Shown here one piece after another: positions 54,612-64,000 of a stretch of 64,000 nt of DNA. Source of the stretch: an uncultured Candidatus Saccharibacteria bacterium (GTDB taxonomy: Bacteria; Patescibacteriota; Minisyncoccia; Phycocordibacterales; DATGWK01). Position numbers and translations under genes: made by a program. Within the stretch, counting starts at the first letter, position 1; each line of letters begins with the position of its first letter. The DNA lies in NCBI GenBank assembly GCA_964492195.1, contig CAZBJL010000002.1, positions 25,472 to 89,471 of the forward strand, read 5' to 3'. The notes beneath the pieces were generated by a model. That model was given only the letters and a program-made list of their open reading frames with translations. It searched no databases and was not told where the DNA came from.

Positions 54612-55301
54612 ATGATCCACATAGAAAAAGGAGAATTCGTAGCAGAAAATCCGTCACTAAAAGTAGTGACTAATACTGGTGACTACGAAGATACAGCTCT
54701 CATTGAATTTAAGGATGTGAACTCCGAAGACGAACTTGTGGCAGGTGCGTACCAGGCGCAGTTTGTGAAATACGGAAGCCTGGTCTACAAGTTCAATGAT
54801 CCAAAAAGTTTAGGAACGGAAATTTTAAGAATTGATCCAGAGTCGACTCACACAGCGGCGTCTTTTGTGAGAATGAGTAATGAACTTTTGGATCAGATGA
54901 ACGGGGGAACTCTGGAGTCGGATTCTTTGGATAAAATGATTCCACAAGAACCGGTAAAACCAAAAGAACCCGTTGTCGAACCAGAGGTGGTTGAAGAAGA
55001 AGATGATGAAGATGAGGAGACAGAACCAACGGACACTGAAACGCGTACCACTCCGCCCGTTGTGATAATTCCAGATACGATTCCTGCAACGACGACCGTT
55101 CCAATCATCGATACTTCTACTACAACACCTGCTCTTCCTGATATTTATACACCAACGTCAACTTCCACAATAAAGTCAGACGCAGTCGAGGAATTACTAA
55201 GAGAAGAAGGATCGGATACTCCATCGGTAGCAAATGAGATTGTTGCGTATGCAAAAAAGAAAGTTAAGAAAAACATTAGGAAAAAGTTAGGCCTTAATTA
55301 A
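54612..55301 (+). CDS. acidic Thr/Pro-rich protein, hypothetical
   Basis: Start 4 nt after previous stop; poly-acidic EEEDDEDEE and TTTPxxP low complexity. Confidence 0.4.
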   Translation: MIHIEKGEFVAENPSLKVVTNTGDYEDTALIEFKDVNSEDELVAGAYQAQFVKYGSLVYKFNDPKSLGTEILRIDPESTHTAASFVRMSNELLDQMNGGTLESDSLDKMIPQEPVKPKEPVVEPEVVEEEDDEDEETEPTDTETRTTPPVVIIPDTIPATTTVPIIDTSTTTPALPDIYTPTSTSTIKSDAVEELLREEGSDTPSVANEIVAYAKKKVKKNIRKKLGLN

Positions 55302-55444
55302 TATGGCTATCACAGATGTAATTTTTCAATCAGGTGATAAGCAGGATTTTGTTGTGGAACTACCAAGTGCCACGTACAGCGGCACACTCAAAGATGTCGC
55401 TGTAGAGTCAGGAAGTACGCAGTACCTTTTGCTCGAAGTCCCTC

Positions 55445-56236
55445 TTGCTTCAAGTAGTATCTTCATCATGTCAGAATAGGCGTGATATTCTAGGGTTTGT
55501 GGAAAGGTTCAAAAATTTCATACACAAATTTACTCCGTATCTCGAAGACATACGAAAGCGTCTGTATTTTACTGCGGTTTTCTTTGCAGCATTTTTCGTA
55601 ATAGGATTTTTAGCTACCAGTAGGATTTTAAGAGCGCTGGTTTCAATTTTTGATATTCAGGATGTTGCCATTGCAACCACGTCTCCTTTTCAATTTGCTG
55701 ATCTTTCTATCGACATTGGCCTTTTCAGTGCGTTTCTAGTATCTCTGCCAATTTTCATTTACAACATTTTTGCCTTCTTGCGACCAGCTCTTAGTAAAAA
55801 GGAAAGGGGAATATTTTTTCTTATGATCCCGCTTTCAATTTTTCTTTTTGCTTTAGGGTTTATGTACGGTTTTTTAATTTTGTACTACGCACTTATGATT
55901 TTGGCTCAAGTTAACGTACGCATAGGAATTCAAAATATTTGGGATATTGGAATGTTTTTGACACAAATCGTCCTTACTTCGGCGTTGCTCGGGGTGTTGT
56001 TTCAGTTTCCGCTTGTCATGACGGGTCTCATCCGTGCCGGCTTTCTAGATGTGTCTTTTTTAAAGAAAAAAAGACGAGTGGCGGTGTTCATTATCTTCAT
56101 TTTTACAACTTTACTTCCCCCAACTGATGGTCTATCATTAATGGCAATGGCGTTACCGCTTATCTTACTTTACGAAATTGCAATTCTTGTAAATTCGGGT
56201 GTGAGAAGGCAAAAAGTGGGAGAAGTTTCGATATAA
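55445..56236 (+). CDS. tatC: twin-arginine translocase subunit TatC
   Basis: FIHKFTPYLEDIRKRLY (TatC HLxELRxRL-like), six TM helices. Confidence 0.75.
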   Translation: MLQVVSSSCQNRRDILGFVERFKNFIHKFTPYLEDIRKRLYFTAVFFAAFFVIGFLATSRILRALVSIFDIQDVAIATTSPFQFADLSIDIGLFSAFLVSLPIFIYNIFAFLRPALSKKERGIFFLMIPLSIFLFALGFMYGFLILYYALMILAQVNVRIGIQNIWDIGMFLTQIVLTSALLGVLFQFPLVMTGLIRAGFLDVSFLKKKRRVAVFIIFIFTTLLPPTDGLSLMAMALPLILLYEIAILVNSGVRRQKVGEVSI

Positions 56237-56264
56237 TCGTTGATTATTAATTTAAATAAATAAA

Positions 56265-56432
56265 ATGCTCGGAAACATTGGCACAAAGGAAATAATAATC
56301 ATCGCGATTATTTTCATCATTCTGTTCGGTGCAAAGAAAATCCCGGAACTTTCTAAAAGTCTTGTAGAATCAATCCGACATCTTCGAGGTGCGTTCAAAG
56401 ATCTTCCTGAAGATGCTAACAAGAAGAAATAG
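56265..56432 (+). CDS. tatA: twin-arginine translocase subunit TatA/E
   Basis: Hand-translated 55 aa MLGNIGTKEIIIIAIIFIILFGAKKIPELSKSLVESIRHLRGAFKD...: TM + amphipathic helix with conserved FG and KLP-like signature. Confidence 0.7.
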   Translation: MLGNIGTKEIIIIAIIFIILFGAKKIPELSKSLVESIRHLRGAFKDLPEDANKKK

Positions 56433-56466
56433 TTTTCGTTTGCTCTTTCGTATTTTTAAAATTTAA

Positions 56467-59400
56467 ATGTCTGTTCGTGCCCCTTCTATTTCCAATGGAT
56501 TGCGTAGAGTGTCCATATTCACTTGGGCATTAATTATTTTTTTATCTGGGGTTCCAGCAGTTGTAAATGCAGCGTATGAGCGATACGGAACCGGGGAAAC
56601 GGCCGTTGTCGGCGAATTTGTGTATGACGATGATTTTGTGGCGACGACGACCCCTTGTACTGTTTCAATATATGACCCATCGGGATCTTTGATTGTAAAC
56701 GCGGCCTCCATGACTGCTGATGCAAATGGTTGGCATCATTACGACTATTCAGTTCCGTCTTCGGGTCCAGAGGGTACGTGGCCTTCATCAATGACGTGTG
56801 GCAGTGTGCCGACAGGTGATCTGGTAAAGCTAGATAAGACGTTTGTGGTTGGAGCGACTTTTGTATCAACTTCCACGTTGGCGACTTCTGTATGGACGAG
56901 CACAGCTCGAACTTTGACATCGTTCGGTACGCTTGTGGCAGATGTGTGGAGCAATACAAGTCGAACATTGACTGGTGCAGGGCTAAATTCAGGATCACTT
57001 GCAACACAGCTTGACGTTAACAACGCGTCGTCTTCACTTGCGGCAACCTTACCTGCATCTATTTGGGCAAATCCAACTCGTTCACTTACAACGTTCGGAA
57101 CATTGGCTGCAGATGTGTGGGCAAATAGCACACGCACATTATCTTCCGGCGGCGTAACAGCAGTTTCAACTGACGTATGGTCATTTGCAACCCGTAGACT
57201 TTCAGACGCCACGCTTGATTCTGGTTCGCTCGCAACGGTTTCAAATCTTACAACAGCAAGCTCATCTCTTGCCGCTGTCGTAAACGGAACTATTTCAACT
57301 GCCTCAACTTCTTTGGCAGCTGTAATAAACGCGAATACAGATACTCAAGCGTCGACAATAACTTCAGGAGTTAATTCAAATACAAATGCTGCAATTCTTA
57401 GCGCAACTTCATCTCTTGCCGCTGTCGTAAACGGAACTATTTCAACTGCCTCAACTTCTTTGGCAGCTGTAATAAACGCGAATACCAATTCTCAAATTTC
57501 AAGTGCGGTTGTGACTATCAACAACAATACAAATTCAACTGTCCTCACGGCATCTTCTTCTCTTGTTGCAACTATTCCTACCGCGGTATGGTCAAACAAC
57601 ACAAGATCACTTACAACGTTCGGAACATTGGCTGCAGATGTGTGGAACGTAGCTACGTCATCTTTTGTGACGGCAGGGTCAGTGGGTCTCCAGTTGGTAA
57701 CAAATCTTGATGTGCCTGTTTCAACAGCAGTGGGCAGTGCAGCACCAACCGCTTCGGACATTTGGAGTTTTGCGAGTCGAACACTTACAGACTCAACGCT
57801 TACTTCTGGTTCACTCGCAACATTGGCGAACGTAACGAGCGCGTCGTCTTCGCTGGCGTCAGCGGTTAGTGCAGGAACCGCAAGTGTCAATTCAAATACA
57901 AATGCCGCTGTGCTTGTAGCGTCAACTTCTCTCGCAACAGTTATTAATGCAAACACGAATTCACAAATATCGAGCGCAATCGCTACGATAAACAGCAACA
58001 CAGATTCTCAAGTTCTTACGGCCTCGACATCGTTGGTCGCCACTATCCCTACGGCTGTCTGGTCGAGTACGTCACGTTCATTAACAACATTCGGAACATT
58101 GATTGCAGATATTTGGACTAATCCAACTCGTACGCTCACATCCGGGGGTTCTCTAACGGCAGCAGACGTCTGGTCGTTTGCAACTCGTCGTCTTTCAGAC
58201 GCTTCGCTTGATTCTGGTTCGCTCGCAACGGTTTCAAATCTTACAACAGCAAGTACATCTCTCGCTGCGGTAATAAATGCGAATACAGATACTCAGACAT
58301 CAGGAATAGCTTCATCGGTTAATTCAAATACAAATTCAGCAATACTTAATGCGTCTACGTCGATTGCGTCAGGCGTAAATGCAAATACAAATGCCGCAAT
58401 TCTTGGCGCAACTTCATCTCTTGCCGCTGTCGTAAACGGAACTATTTCAACTGCCTCAAGCTCTTTGGCATCTGTAATAAACGCGAATACAAACTCTGTG
58501 GTTCTCGGTGCGTCCACATCGGTTGCTGCGGTTGTGAATACTAATACTAATTCCCAAACATCTGGAATCGCATCAGCAGTTAACTCAAACACGAATTCCA
58601 TTGTTGGTAGCGCTTCTACATCTCTCGGAGTATCTCTCACCTCGCTTCCAGCTTCCGTGTGGGCATATAGCTCACGTTCACTTACAACCTTTGGAACGCT
58701 CGTTGCGGATATTTGGGCAAACGTAACAAGAACACTCACGTCATCAACGGGCGCTACATGGTCTATGACAGTTTCTGATTTTGGAACTATTACAGCAGGA
58801 AGTAATTATCTCGCGACACTCCACACAGTTTTTGACGGTACTCTTACTGATGCCGACACTGTTCCGACAGTTACTCTCTATGATCCTAGTCGAAACGTGG
58901 TCGTGAGTGGGGTATCTATGACTCGTGTTTCTGCGGGTACTTATACATATTCATACACGACGTCAGGGTCTGCAGAAGCAGGAACGTGGGAAACAGTATT
59001 TTCTGCGACCGTAGAAACAGGAAAGACGTTGGGTGGTAACGATTACTGGGAGGTTTCTTCAAGTCCGGCGCAAGTAATTATTAATAGTATTTCAGACAAC
59101 ACAGTGCCGTCCATCGAAGCAAACGTTACGATAACAAACGAAGGTTTGACTGGATATGAATATCAATACGAGTGGTGCGTGGTTTCAGATATAAATAATT
59201 CTTGTGGAGGCGGAGATGACATTTTCCACGCAACTGCAGCAAAATTTATTAACCCTGGTGAAGATTTCAACACAACGCTTACCTCGACTGTTTCTTCTGT
59301 TGGGGATTACTACTTTAAAGCCGTGGTCTATTTCGGGACTGAAAGTTCCGGTGCTTCAAGGTCTTTTTCCGCAATATCAGACTCAACGTCACCGCCAACT

Positions 59401-59640
59401 ACTCCTAGAGGAGGTGGTGGAGGGGGCGGTGGTTCGTCCGGTTCTGGGGTTGTCCAAACACAGGGATGTCCGAACGCTGATTTCAACTGTGACAACAGAG
59501 TAAACTCAATTGATTTCTCGATATTGTTGTACTACTGGAAGGCAACTCCACCGTTTGGAAATGCAAGCACGGATATGAATCATGATGGTAAAATAGACTC
59601 AGTTGATTTCTCGATATTGTTGTATTGGTGGGGTAATTAA
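56467..59640 (+). CDS. giant secreted Ser/Thr/Ala-rich repeat protein with poly-Gly linker and C-terminal dockerin-like duplicated Ca-binding segment
   Basis: Signal peptide; dozens of about 25-aa repeats; PRGGGGGGGGSSGSG; C-terminus DFNCDNRVNSIDFSILLYYW ... DMNHDGKIDSVDFSILLYWW (two dockerin-like repeats). Confidence 0.55.
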   Translation: MSVRAPSISNGLRRVSIFTWALIIFLSGVPAVVNAAYERYGTGETAVVGEFVYDDDFVATTTPCTVSIYDPSGSLIVNAASMTADANGWHHYDYSVPSSGPEGTWPSSMTCGSVPTGDLVKLDKTFVVGATFVSTSTLATSVWTSTARTLTSFGTLVADVWSNTSRTLTGAGLNSGSLATQLDVNNASSSLAATLPASIWANPTRSLTTFGTLAADVWANSTRTLSSGGVTAVSTDVWSFATRRLSDATLDSGSLATVSNLTTASSSLAAVVNGTISTASTSLAAVINANTDTQASTITSGVNSNTNAAILSATSSLAAVVNGTISTASTSLAAVINANTNSQISSAVVTINNNTNSTVLTASSSLVATIPTAVWSNNTRSLTTFGTLAADVWNVATSSFVTAGSVGLQLVTNLDVPVSTAVGSAAPTASDIWSFASRTLTDSTLTSGSLATLANVTSASSSLASAVSAGTASVNSNTNAAVLVASTSLATVINANTNSQISSAIATINSNTDSQVLTASTSLVATIPTAVWSSTSRSLTTFGTLIADIWTNPTRTLTSGGSLTAADVWSFATRRLSDASLDSGSLATVSNLTTASTSLAAVINANTDTQTSGIASSVNSNTNSAILNASTSIASGVNANTNAAILGATSSLAAVVNGTISTASSSLASVINANTNSVVLGASTSVAAVVNTNTNSQTSGIASAVNSNTNSIVGSASTSLGVSLTSLPASVWAYSSRSLTTFGTLVADIWANVTRTLTSSTGATWSMTVSDFGTITAGSNYLATLHTVFDGTLTDADTVPTVTLYDPSRNVVVSGVSMTRVSAGTYTYSYTTSGSAEAGTWETVFSATVETGKTLGGNDYWEVSSSPAQVIINSISDNTVPSIEANVTITNEGLTGYEYQYEWCVVSDINNSCGGGDDIFHATAAKFINPGEDFNTTLTSTVSSVGDYYFKAVVYFGTESSGASRSFSAISDSTSPPTTPRGGGGGGGGSSGSGVVQTQGCPNADFNCDNRVNSIDFSILLYYWKATPPFGNASTDMNHDGKIDSVDFSILLYWWGN
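57190..58500 (+). repeat. near-identical intragenic nucleotide repeats (about 77-85 nt units)
   Basis: Unit gcaacttcatctcttgccgctgtcgtaaacggaactatttcaactgcctcaa...ctgtaataaacgcgaatac occurs at about 57262, 57402 and 58408 with 1-3 mismatches; a second unit at about 57196 and 58184. Confidence 0.6.
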
Positions 59641-59647
59641 TTAAAAA

Positions 59648-60550
59648 ATGAAAAATATATTCAATATAAAATTTATAATCTTTGCGGTTTTGTTCAGTGT
59701 ATTACCTGCGAGCGTTTCTGCGGCGACTGTGTATCTGGAATCTTCTCGAAACACCATATCCGTCGGTGACACTGCTGTTGTTGCTGTAAAAATAAACGCA
59801 GAAGGGGGAGTGCTTAACACTGTGGACGGCGAAATAGGTATGAAGTCTCTCTTGAACAATGTTGTTGTGCAGGAGTTCAGTTTATCTAATTCCTCTTTTG
59901 GTTTGTGGCCGCGAACTCCTTCACTTTCTACCGACGGTAAAACAGTTTCTTTCGTTGGTGGTGTACCGGGAGGATTCAGTATTGAAGGAGCAACCCTTTT
60001 TAAAATGATAATTGAAGCGAGAAAAGAAGGTACTGTAATTATTAGTCCGCAAAATATTTCTGTCTTTGCTAATGATGGTGCGGGCACAAAAATGCCCGTT
60101 ACTATGAAAAACTTGGCAATTCGGGTTGTGCCAAAAAATCCCAACACTCCTGTACAAAATGACTGGGCTGGAATTGTGGCACAAGACGCCGTTGCTCCGG
60201 AGTCATTTATTATTGTTCTTGGACAAGACAACTCACTTTTTCAGGGTAAAAAGTTCGCATTTTTCAGCTCTGTCGACAATCAGTCGGGGATAGACTATTA
60301 CGAGGTCTCTGAAAATGGCAGACCCGCAGTCCGAAGCGGCAGTACATACGTCCTCCAAGATCAAAGTGAAAACGTAACTCTTGATGTTGTTGCGGTTGAT
60401 AAGGCTGGAAACAAAAAAACGGCATCGCTTCGTTCCGGAAAAGACGGCATCGCGTGGCCTTTCGTTATTGTTGTGGTGATCCTGGGAGTTATTGGTAAAT
60501 GGTTGTACAGAAGATGGAAAAATAAGAGAAATGCTTCACGCGTTCTTTAA
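59648..60550 (+). CDS. secreted beta-sandwich (cohesin-like) protein with C-terminal TM anchor
   Basis: Signal peptide, SSRNTISVGDTAVVAVKINAEG... pattern, C-terminal TM WPFVIVVVILGVIGKWLY + basic tail. Confidence 0.45.
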   Translation: MKNIFNIKFIIFAVLFSVLPASVSAATVYLESSRNTISVGDTAVVAVKINAEGGVLNTVDGEIGMKSLLNNVVVQEFSLSNSSFGLWPRTPSLSTDGKTVSFVGGVPGGFSIEGATLFKMIIEARKEGTVIISPQNISVFANDGAGTKMPVTMKNLAIRVVPKNPNTPVQNDWAGIVAQDAVAPESFIIVLGQDNSLFQGKKFAFFSSVDNQSGIDYYEVSENGRPAVRSGSTYVLQDQSENVTLDVVAVDKAGNKKTASLRSGKDGIAWPFVIVVVILGVIGKWLYRRWKNKRNASRVL

Positions 60551-62243
60551 AAAAAATACGGGCGGTTTTGTTCTTCTGTTCGCTGTATTGTTAAGCTGTT
60601 CTTTTCTGTGGGCAGATGTTGCTCACGCCGCAACTATTTCTTTTTCTCCCTCTGTTTCAACGGTGTCTGTCGGTAATATTGTTACCGTAAAAGCGTTGGT
60701 GAACACGGCTGGAAAAGCTATCAATAATGCCGACAGCATTATTCAGTTTCCTTCAGATCTACTCGAAGTTATTTCTGTAAGTAAGGGCGGATCCGTTTTT
60801 TCTCTTTGGGTAGAAGAACCTTCATTTTCTAACCCATTAGGTCGGGTAACTTTCAATGGAGGTCTTCCAAATCCTGGCTTCAATGGTGTAAGCGGTGAAA
60901 TGGTTTCAGTTGTATTTAAGGCGAAAAAAACTGGTGTAGCGACGATTGCTTTCTCTGATTCCGCCGTGCGTGAAAACGATGGTCTCGGAACAGACATTCT
61001 TACTGCAAAGCAATCAACAACACTCCAGATTGGTGCGAGTGTTCCAGTTGTTCCTTCATTGGCAGGCGTCCCCGTAAAACCAACAGTTACTTCTTCAACT
61101 CATTCAGAGCAGGAATCTTGGTACACAGAAACAACCGCAATATTAAGCTGGGTTATTCCGAGCGGGGTCTCATCTATTCAAACTCTTCTCACCAAGAATC
61201 CAAATGAAACACCAACACTTACGTACGACAGTTCTGTATCACAGCGTACCGTTACTGATATTGCTAATGGTGTTTCATATTTCCATTTGCGCTACATGAA
61301 TGCCGCTGGTTGGGGACCAACAGCTCATTACAAAATCCAAATCGACAATGTGTCACCTGACGCCTTTCTACCCCGTGTCCGTATAGAAAATAGCAAAAAT
61401 ATTGTGGTACTCGATGCCACTGACGCTACGTCTGGGATAGATTCATATTCATTACAGATCGATAATTACCCTGCACTTACTGTGCGGAAGGATTCTATTA
61501 AAAATGGTGAATATGAACTCCCGGTTCAAACTGTAGGAGATCATAGCTTGCAGGTTGTTGCTTACGATAAGGCGGGGAACAAAACCGAAGCGCATACATC
61601 ATTTTTAAGTCCACAGATAACCGCTCCGAAAATAGTTCTTTCATCGGAGACAGTTCAACGTGGTGAAAGCGTGATAGTAAATGGAACGTCTGCGTATGCA
61701 CGAGTACCGGTTGAAGTATTTACTCAAATAAATGACAAGAAGATAAAAGTTTACAGCGCCACAACTGGTGACGATGGATCGTTCACGATTACTTCAGAAA
61801 AATTAAATACGAGCGGATCGCTTCATGTGTGGGCACAACTTGTATTTTCAGAAAGCGTACAGAGTCCACTTTCTGAAAAAGTAGAAATGCAGGTTGATGA
61901 TTCTCTTGTAGTTCAAACAAGTCTGTCGCTTATTTACACTCTTGCGTTTGTGATTCCAACAATAATTCTGATAATAATACTTACATTTATCATGTATCTC
62001 GGTTGGCACAAGTTCTTTGGTTTGCGACGAAAACTTCAGGATGATTTAGATGAAACGGTAAAAGAAACACACAAAGCATTCACTCTTTTCAAAGAAGAAC
62101 TTGGTTTGCAGTTAGAAAAACTAGAGAAGATAAAAGAGGATCGAGATCTGAATAAAAAAGAAGAGAAGATATTCAAACAACTTCAGTCAAATATTGATGA
62201 TATTGATGAGTTTATACACAAACGCCTTCGAAAAATCACATAG
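60531..62243 (+). CDS. paralogous secreted cohesin-like/Ig-like multi-domain protein with C-terminal TM anchor and coiled-coil tail
   Basis: N-terminal domain ATISFSPSVSTVSVGNIVTVKALVNTAGKAINNADS parallels previous gene; TM near residue 480; start at MLHAFFKK. Confidence 0.45.
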   Translation: MLHAFFKKNTGGFVLLFAVLLSCSFLWADVAHAATISFSPSVSTVSVGNIVTVKALVNTAGKAINNADSIIQFPSDLLEVISVSKGGSVFSLWVEEPSFSNPLGRVTFNGGLPNPGFNGVSGEMVSVVFKAKKTGVATIAFSDSAVRENDGLGTDILTAKQSTTLQIGASVPVVPSLAGVPVKPTVTSSTHSEQESWYTETTAILSWVIPSGVSSIQTLLTKNPNETPTLTYDSSVSQRTVTDIANGVSYFHLRYMNAAGWGPTAHYKIQIDNVSPDAFLPRVRIENSKNIVVLDATDATSGIDSYSLQIDNYPALTVRKDSIKNGEYELPVQTVGDHSLQVVAYDKAGNKTEAHTSFLSPQITAPKIVLSSETVQRGESVIVNGTSAYARVPVEVFTQINDKKIKVYSATTGDDGSFTITSEKLNTSGSLHVWAQLVFSESVQSPLSEKVEMQVDDSLVVQTSLSLIYTLAFVIPTIILIIILTFIMYLGWHKFFGLRRKLQDDLDETVKETHKAFTLFKEELGLQLEKLEKIKEDRDLNKKEEKIFKQLQSNIDDIDEFIHKRLRKIT

Positions 62244-62946
62244 ATTCTTTGTCGATCCTTTGTAAAACGCCGCCAGTTACGTGCGCTTGGATAATTTCCA
62301 ACTCTTTGGTGGCAGTAATTGAGTATTCGATTGTTATTATATTGTCTGTGATATAAATATTTTTTGGAACCACTTCATCTCCTAGAAAAATAAGATTTGT
62401 GCCTGTGTAGCCGGTCTCACCATTCAGAGCAGCGGCGAGATAGTAGAGCATTCCTCTGGAATCATCATTTCTATTTATTATAAAAGCAACATCCTCTTTT
62501 CCGTCACCGTCCAAATCACCCCTTGCTTCGGTGCCGAAATATTGTTTCGGAGTTTTATTTGTTGCTTGCAAGACGGTTGCTGTGTGTGCAAAAACATCAT
62601 CTACAATGACATGCTTTTTAGAGCCGGCATTTTGTTCTGCAAAAATTAAGCCTCCAACAAGGAGAATGATTGGAATAATAACGTAAGCGGCGCGAGTTAA
62701 TTTTTTAATGATTAAACCAACAATAGCTCCATATAAAGTGAAGACTGTGACGAAGAAGGCAAAGGATGTTATCAAAACTTGATTTTCTGGAATGTGAAAT
62801 TGTACAAGAAGGGGACGAAGCGATATCCAGTGCAGCGCATGACCAACAAAGCCACCGTTGCTTATGAGAAAGGTTGTGTATGCGGCCACAACAACCCCAA
62901 TAAAAAACCCAATAATACTTGTTTCAAGAACCGTGAGTCTTTTCAT
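62236..62946 (-). CDS. hypothetical membrane protein (N-terminal TM helices + C-terminal soluble domain)
   Basis: Hydropathy only. Confidence 0.4.
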   Translation of the reverse strand: MKRLTVLETSIIGFFIGVVVAAYTTFLISNGGFVGHALHWISLRPLLVQFHIPENQVLITSFAFFVTVFTLYGAIVGLIIKKLTRAAYVIIPIILLVGGLIFAEQNAGSKKHVIVDDVFAHTATVLQATNKTPKQYFGTEARGDLDGDGKEDVAFIINRNDDSRGMLYYLAAALNGETGYTGTNLIFLGDEVVPKNIYITDNIITIEYSITATKELEIIQAHVTGGVLQRIDKESM

Positions 62947-63028
62947 TTCAATTATTCTACCTCATTAAAAACTAGTCCGCGAGATCGGTTTTGTAATGTG
63001 TTTATGGCCGTGTCCAGAAATTTTATTT

Positions 63029-63817
63029 TCAATAACTTTTCTTCAAAACGTCTTTTTTAAAATGTTTGAGATATGCAACTAAAATAAAACTTATTATTAC
63101 CATGAGAAACCACGAGGTAATTTTATTTGTCGAAACGACATTCCACACATGGACCTGATCCGGATATTGCCAGGCACCAAAAAAGGTAGAAATATTTTCG
63201 GCAATCCAGATGAAAAAGGCAATCAAAATAAATCCAAGATTTAGCGGCATCCATCGTCTTTTGTCTGTAACAGTAAAGTACACTCGCGTTTTCCAAAAGA
63301 AAATAAAAACAGCAGCGATAAGAAGAAGGCGAAAATCATACACGTAATGGTTCGTGAAAAAATTGATGTATATGAGTGCGCAGAGAACGACGCTCCACAC
63401 GTAATGAGTGTAGTGCGTCAGTTCGAGCTTCATCACTTTCCACGACTGGCTTATGTAGCTCCCAACAGCGGCGTACATGAAGCCGCTATACAGTGGCACG
63501 GTCCCGATCTTAAAAAAGGCTGCTTCTGGATAACCCCACGAACCGATCGCTGGATTTGTTTTATAGAGTTCAAGCATGAGCCCGATAATATGAAAAAGAA
63601 AAATAACCTTAACTTCATCTTTTGTTTCAAGGCCGAAAAAATACAAAGCGATTTGAATTAATATTGCGGATACAAATAAAAAGTCGTATCTCGCAACGCC
63701 AAAGGGGGGAAGCGTCGTTGAGAGAAATAAAAGAACGAAAAAAGACCCAGCAAAACATGCAGCGCGAGCTTGTTTGATTCCGAATATAAAAAATTCTCCG
63801 ACGAAAGATGTGAACAT
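63029..63817 (-). CDS. polytopic membrane protein, possibly DUF817-like
   Basis: About 8 TM helices, 262 aa; family assignment from recollection only. Confidence 0.35.
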   Translation of the reverse strand: MFTSFVGEFFIFGIKQARAACFAGSFFVLLFLSTTLPPFGVARYDFLFVSAILIQIALYFFGLETKDEVKVIFLFHIIGLMLELYKTNPAIGSWGYPEAAFFKIGTVPLYSGFMYAAVGSYISQSWKVMKLELTHYTHYVWSVVLCALIYINFFTNHYVYDFRLLLIAAVFIFFWKTRVYFTVTDKRRWMPLNLGFILIAFFIWIAENISTFFGAWQYPDQVHVWNVVSTNKITSWFLMVIISFILVAYLKHFKKDVLKKSY

Positions 63818-64000
63818 ATCGACATCGTATATCTCTCGAGGTTAATTGCAATAGTTTCAAAACCGCACCCGATAATGCAGACGTTTGACACTCCCAATTT
63901 TTATTGTAATTATGTGCGTGCACGTTCTTTCACATACACACAGTAATTCACTCAATATATAAGGAGATTCGCATGACAACCTCTGGGCATGTTGGAAGCT

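Noticed and set aside
56467-59640. CRISPR array suspicion from repeated nucleotide units
   Set aside because: Repeats are long (about 80 nt), in-frame within a continuous ORF and lack unique spacers; they are coding tandem duplications.
1-64000. RNase P RNA, tmRNA, rRNA operons
   Set aside because: Scanned intergenic regions for hallmark strings (GGAAAGTCCGG for RNase P; tmRNA tag/CCACCA end) and found none; not present in this window as far as I can see.

Overview
Low-GC (about 40%) bacterial chromosome segment spanning the replication origin (rnpA-rpmH | dnaA - DnaA-box/AT-rich region - dnaN - DUF721/DciA-like). Housekeeping genes are streamlined: YidC, PBP1A, TyrRS, RuvC-YebC, RuvB, RuvA, RuvX, PilB, TsaE, PolA, Fpg, MurE-like, S20, L19, RluA, TatA/TatC. 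Together with type IV pilus assembly genes (PilB, PilMNO, VirB2/TrbC-like pilin-like protein) and many secreted or membrane hypotheticals (LTD, HAF/PEP-CTERM, dockerin/cohesin-like), the content resembles Candidate Phyla Radiation / Parcubacteria-type genomes; this is inference from content only. I hand-folded seven tRNAs (Lys-TTT, Arg-GCG, Ser-TGA, Arg-TCT, Val-TAC, Leu-GAG, His-GTG); three of them have partial tRNA copies nearby. Candidate undescribed systems, in order of interest: (1) a serine-recombinase element abutting tRNA-Ser that carries a Type IIG RM enzyme and an unexplained DUF3800-led gene set; (2) a giant repeat surface protein with dockerin-like repeats followed by two cohesin-like anchored paralogs; (3) a GC-rich NirK-like two-domain cupredoxin with an unusual axial-ligand position; (4) several GC-rich orphan small-gene insertions with their own promoters and terminators. 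All calls are by eye from motifs and ORF structure; no database searches were run.
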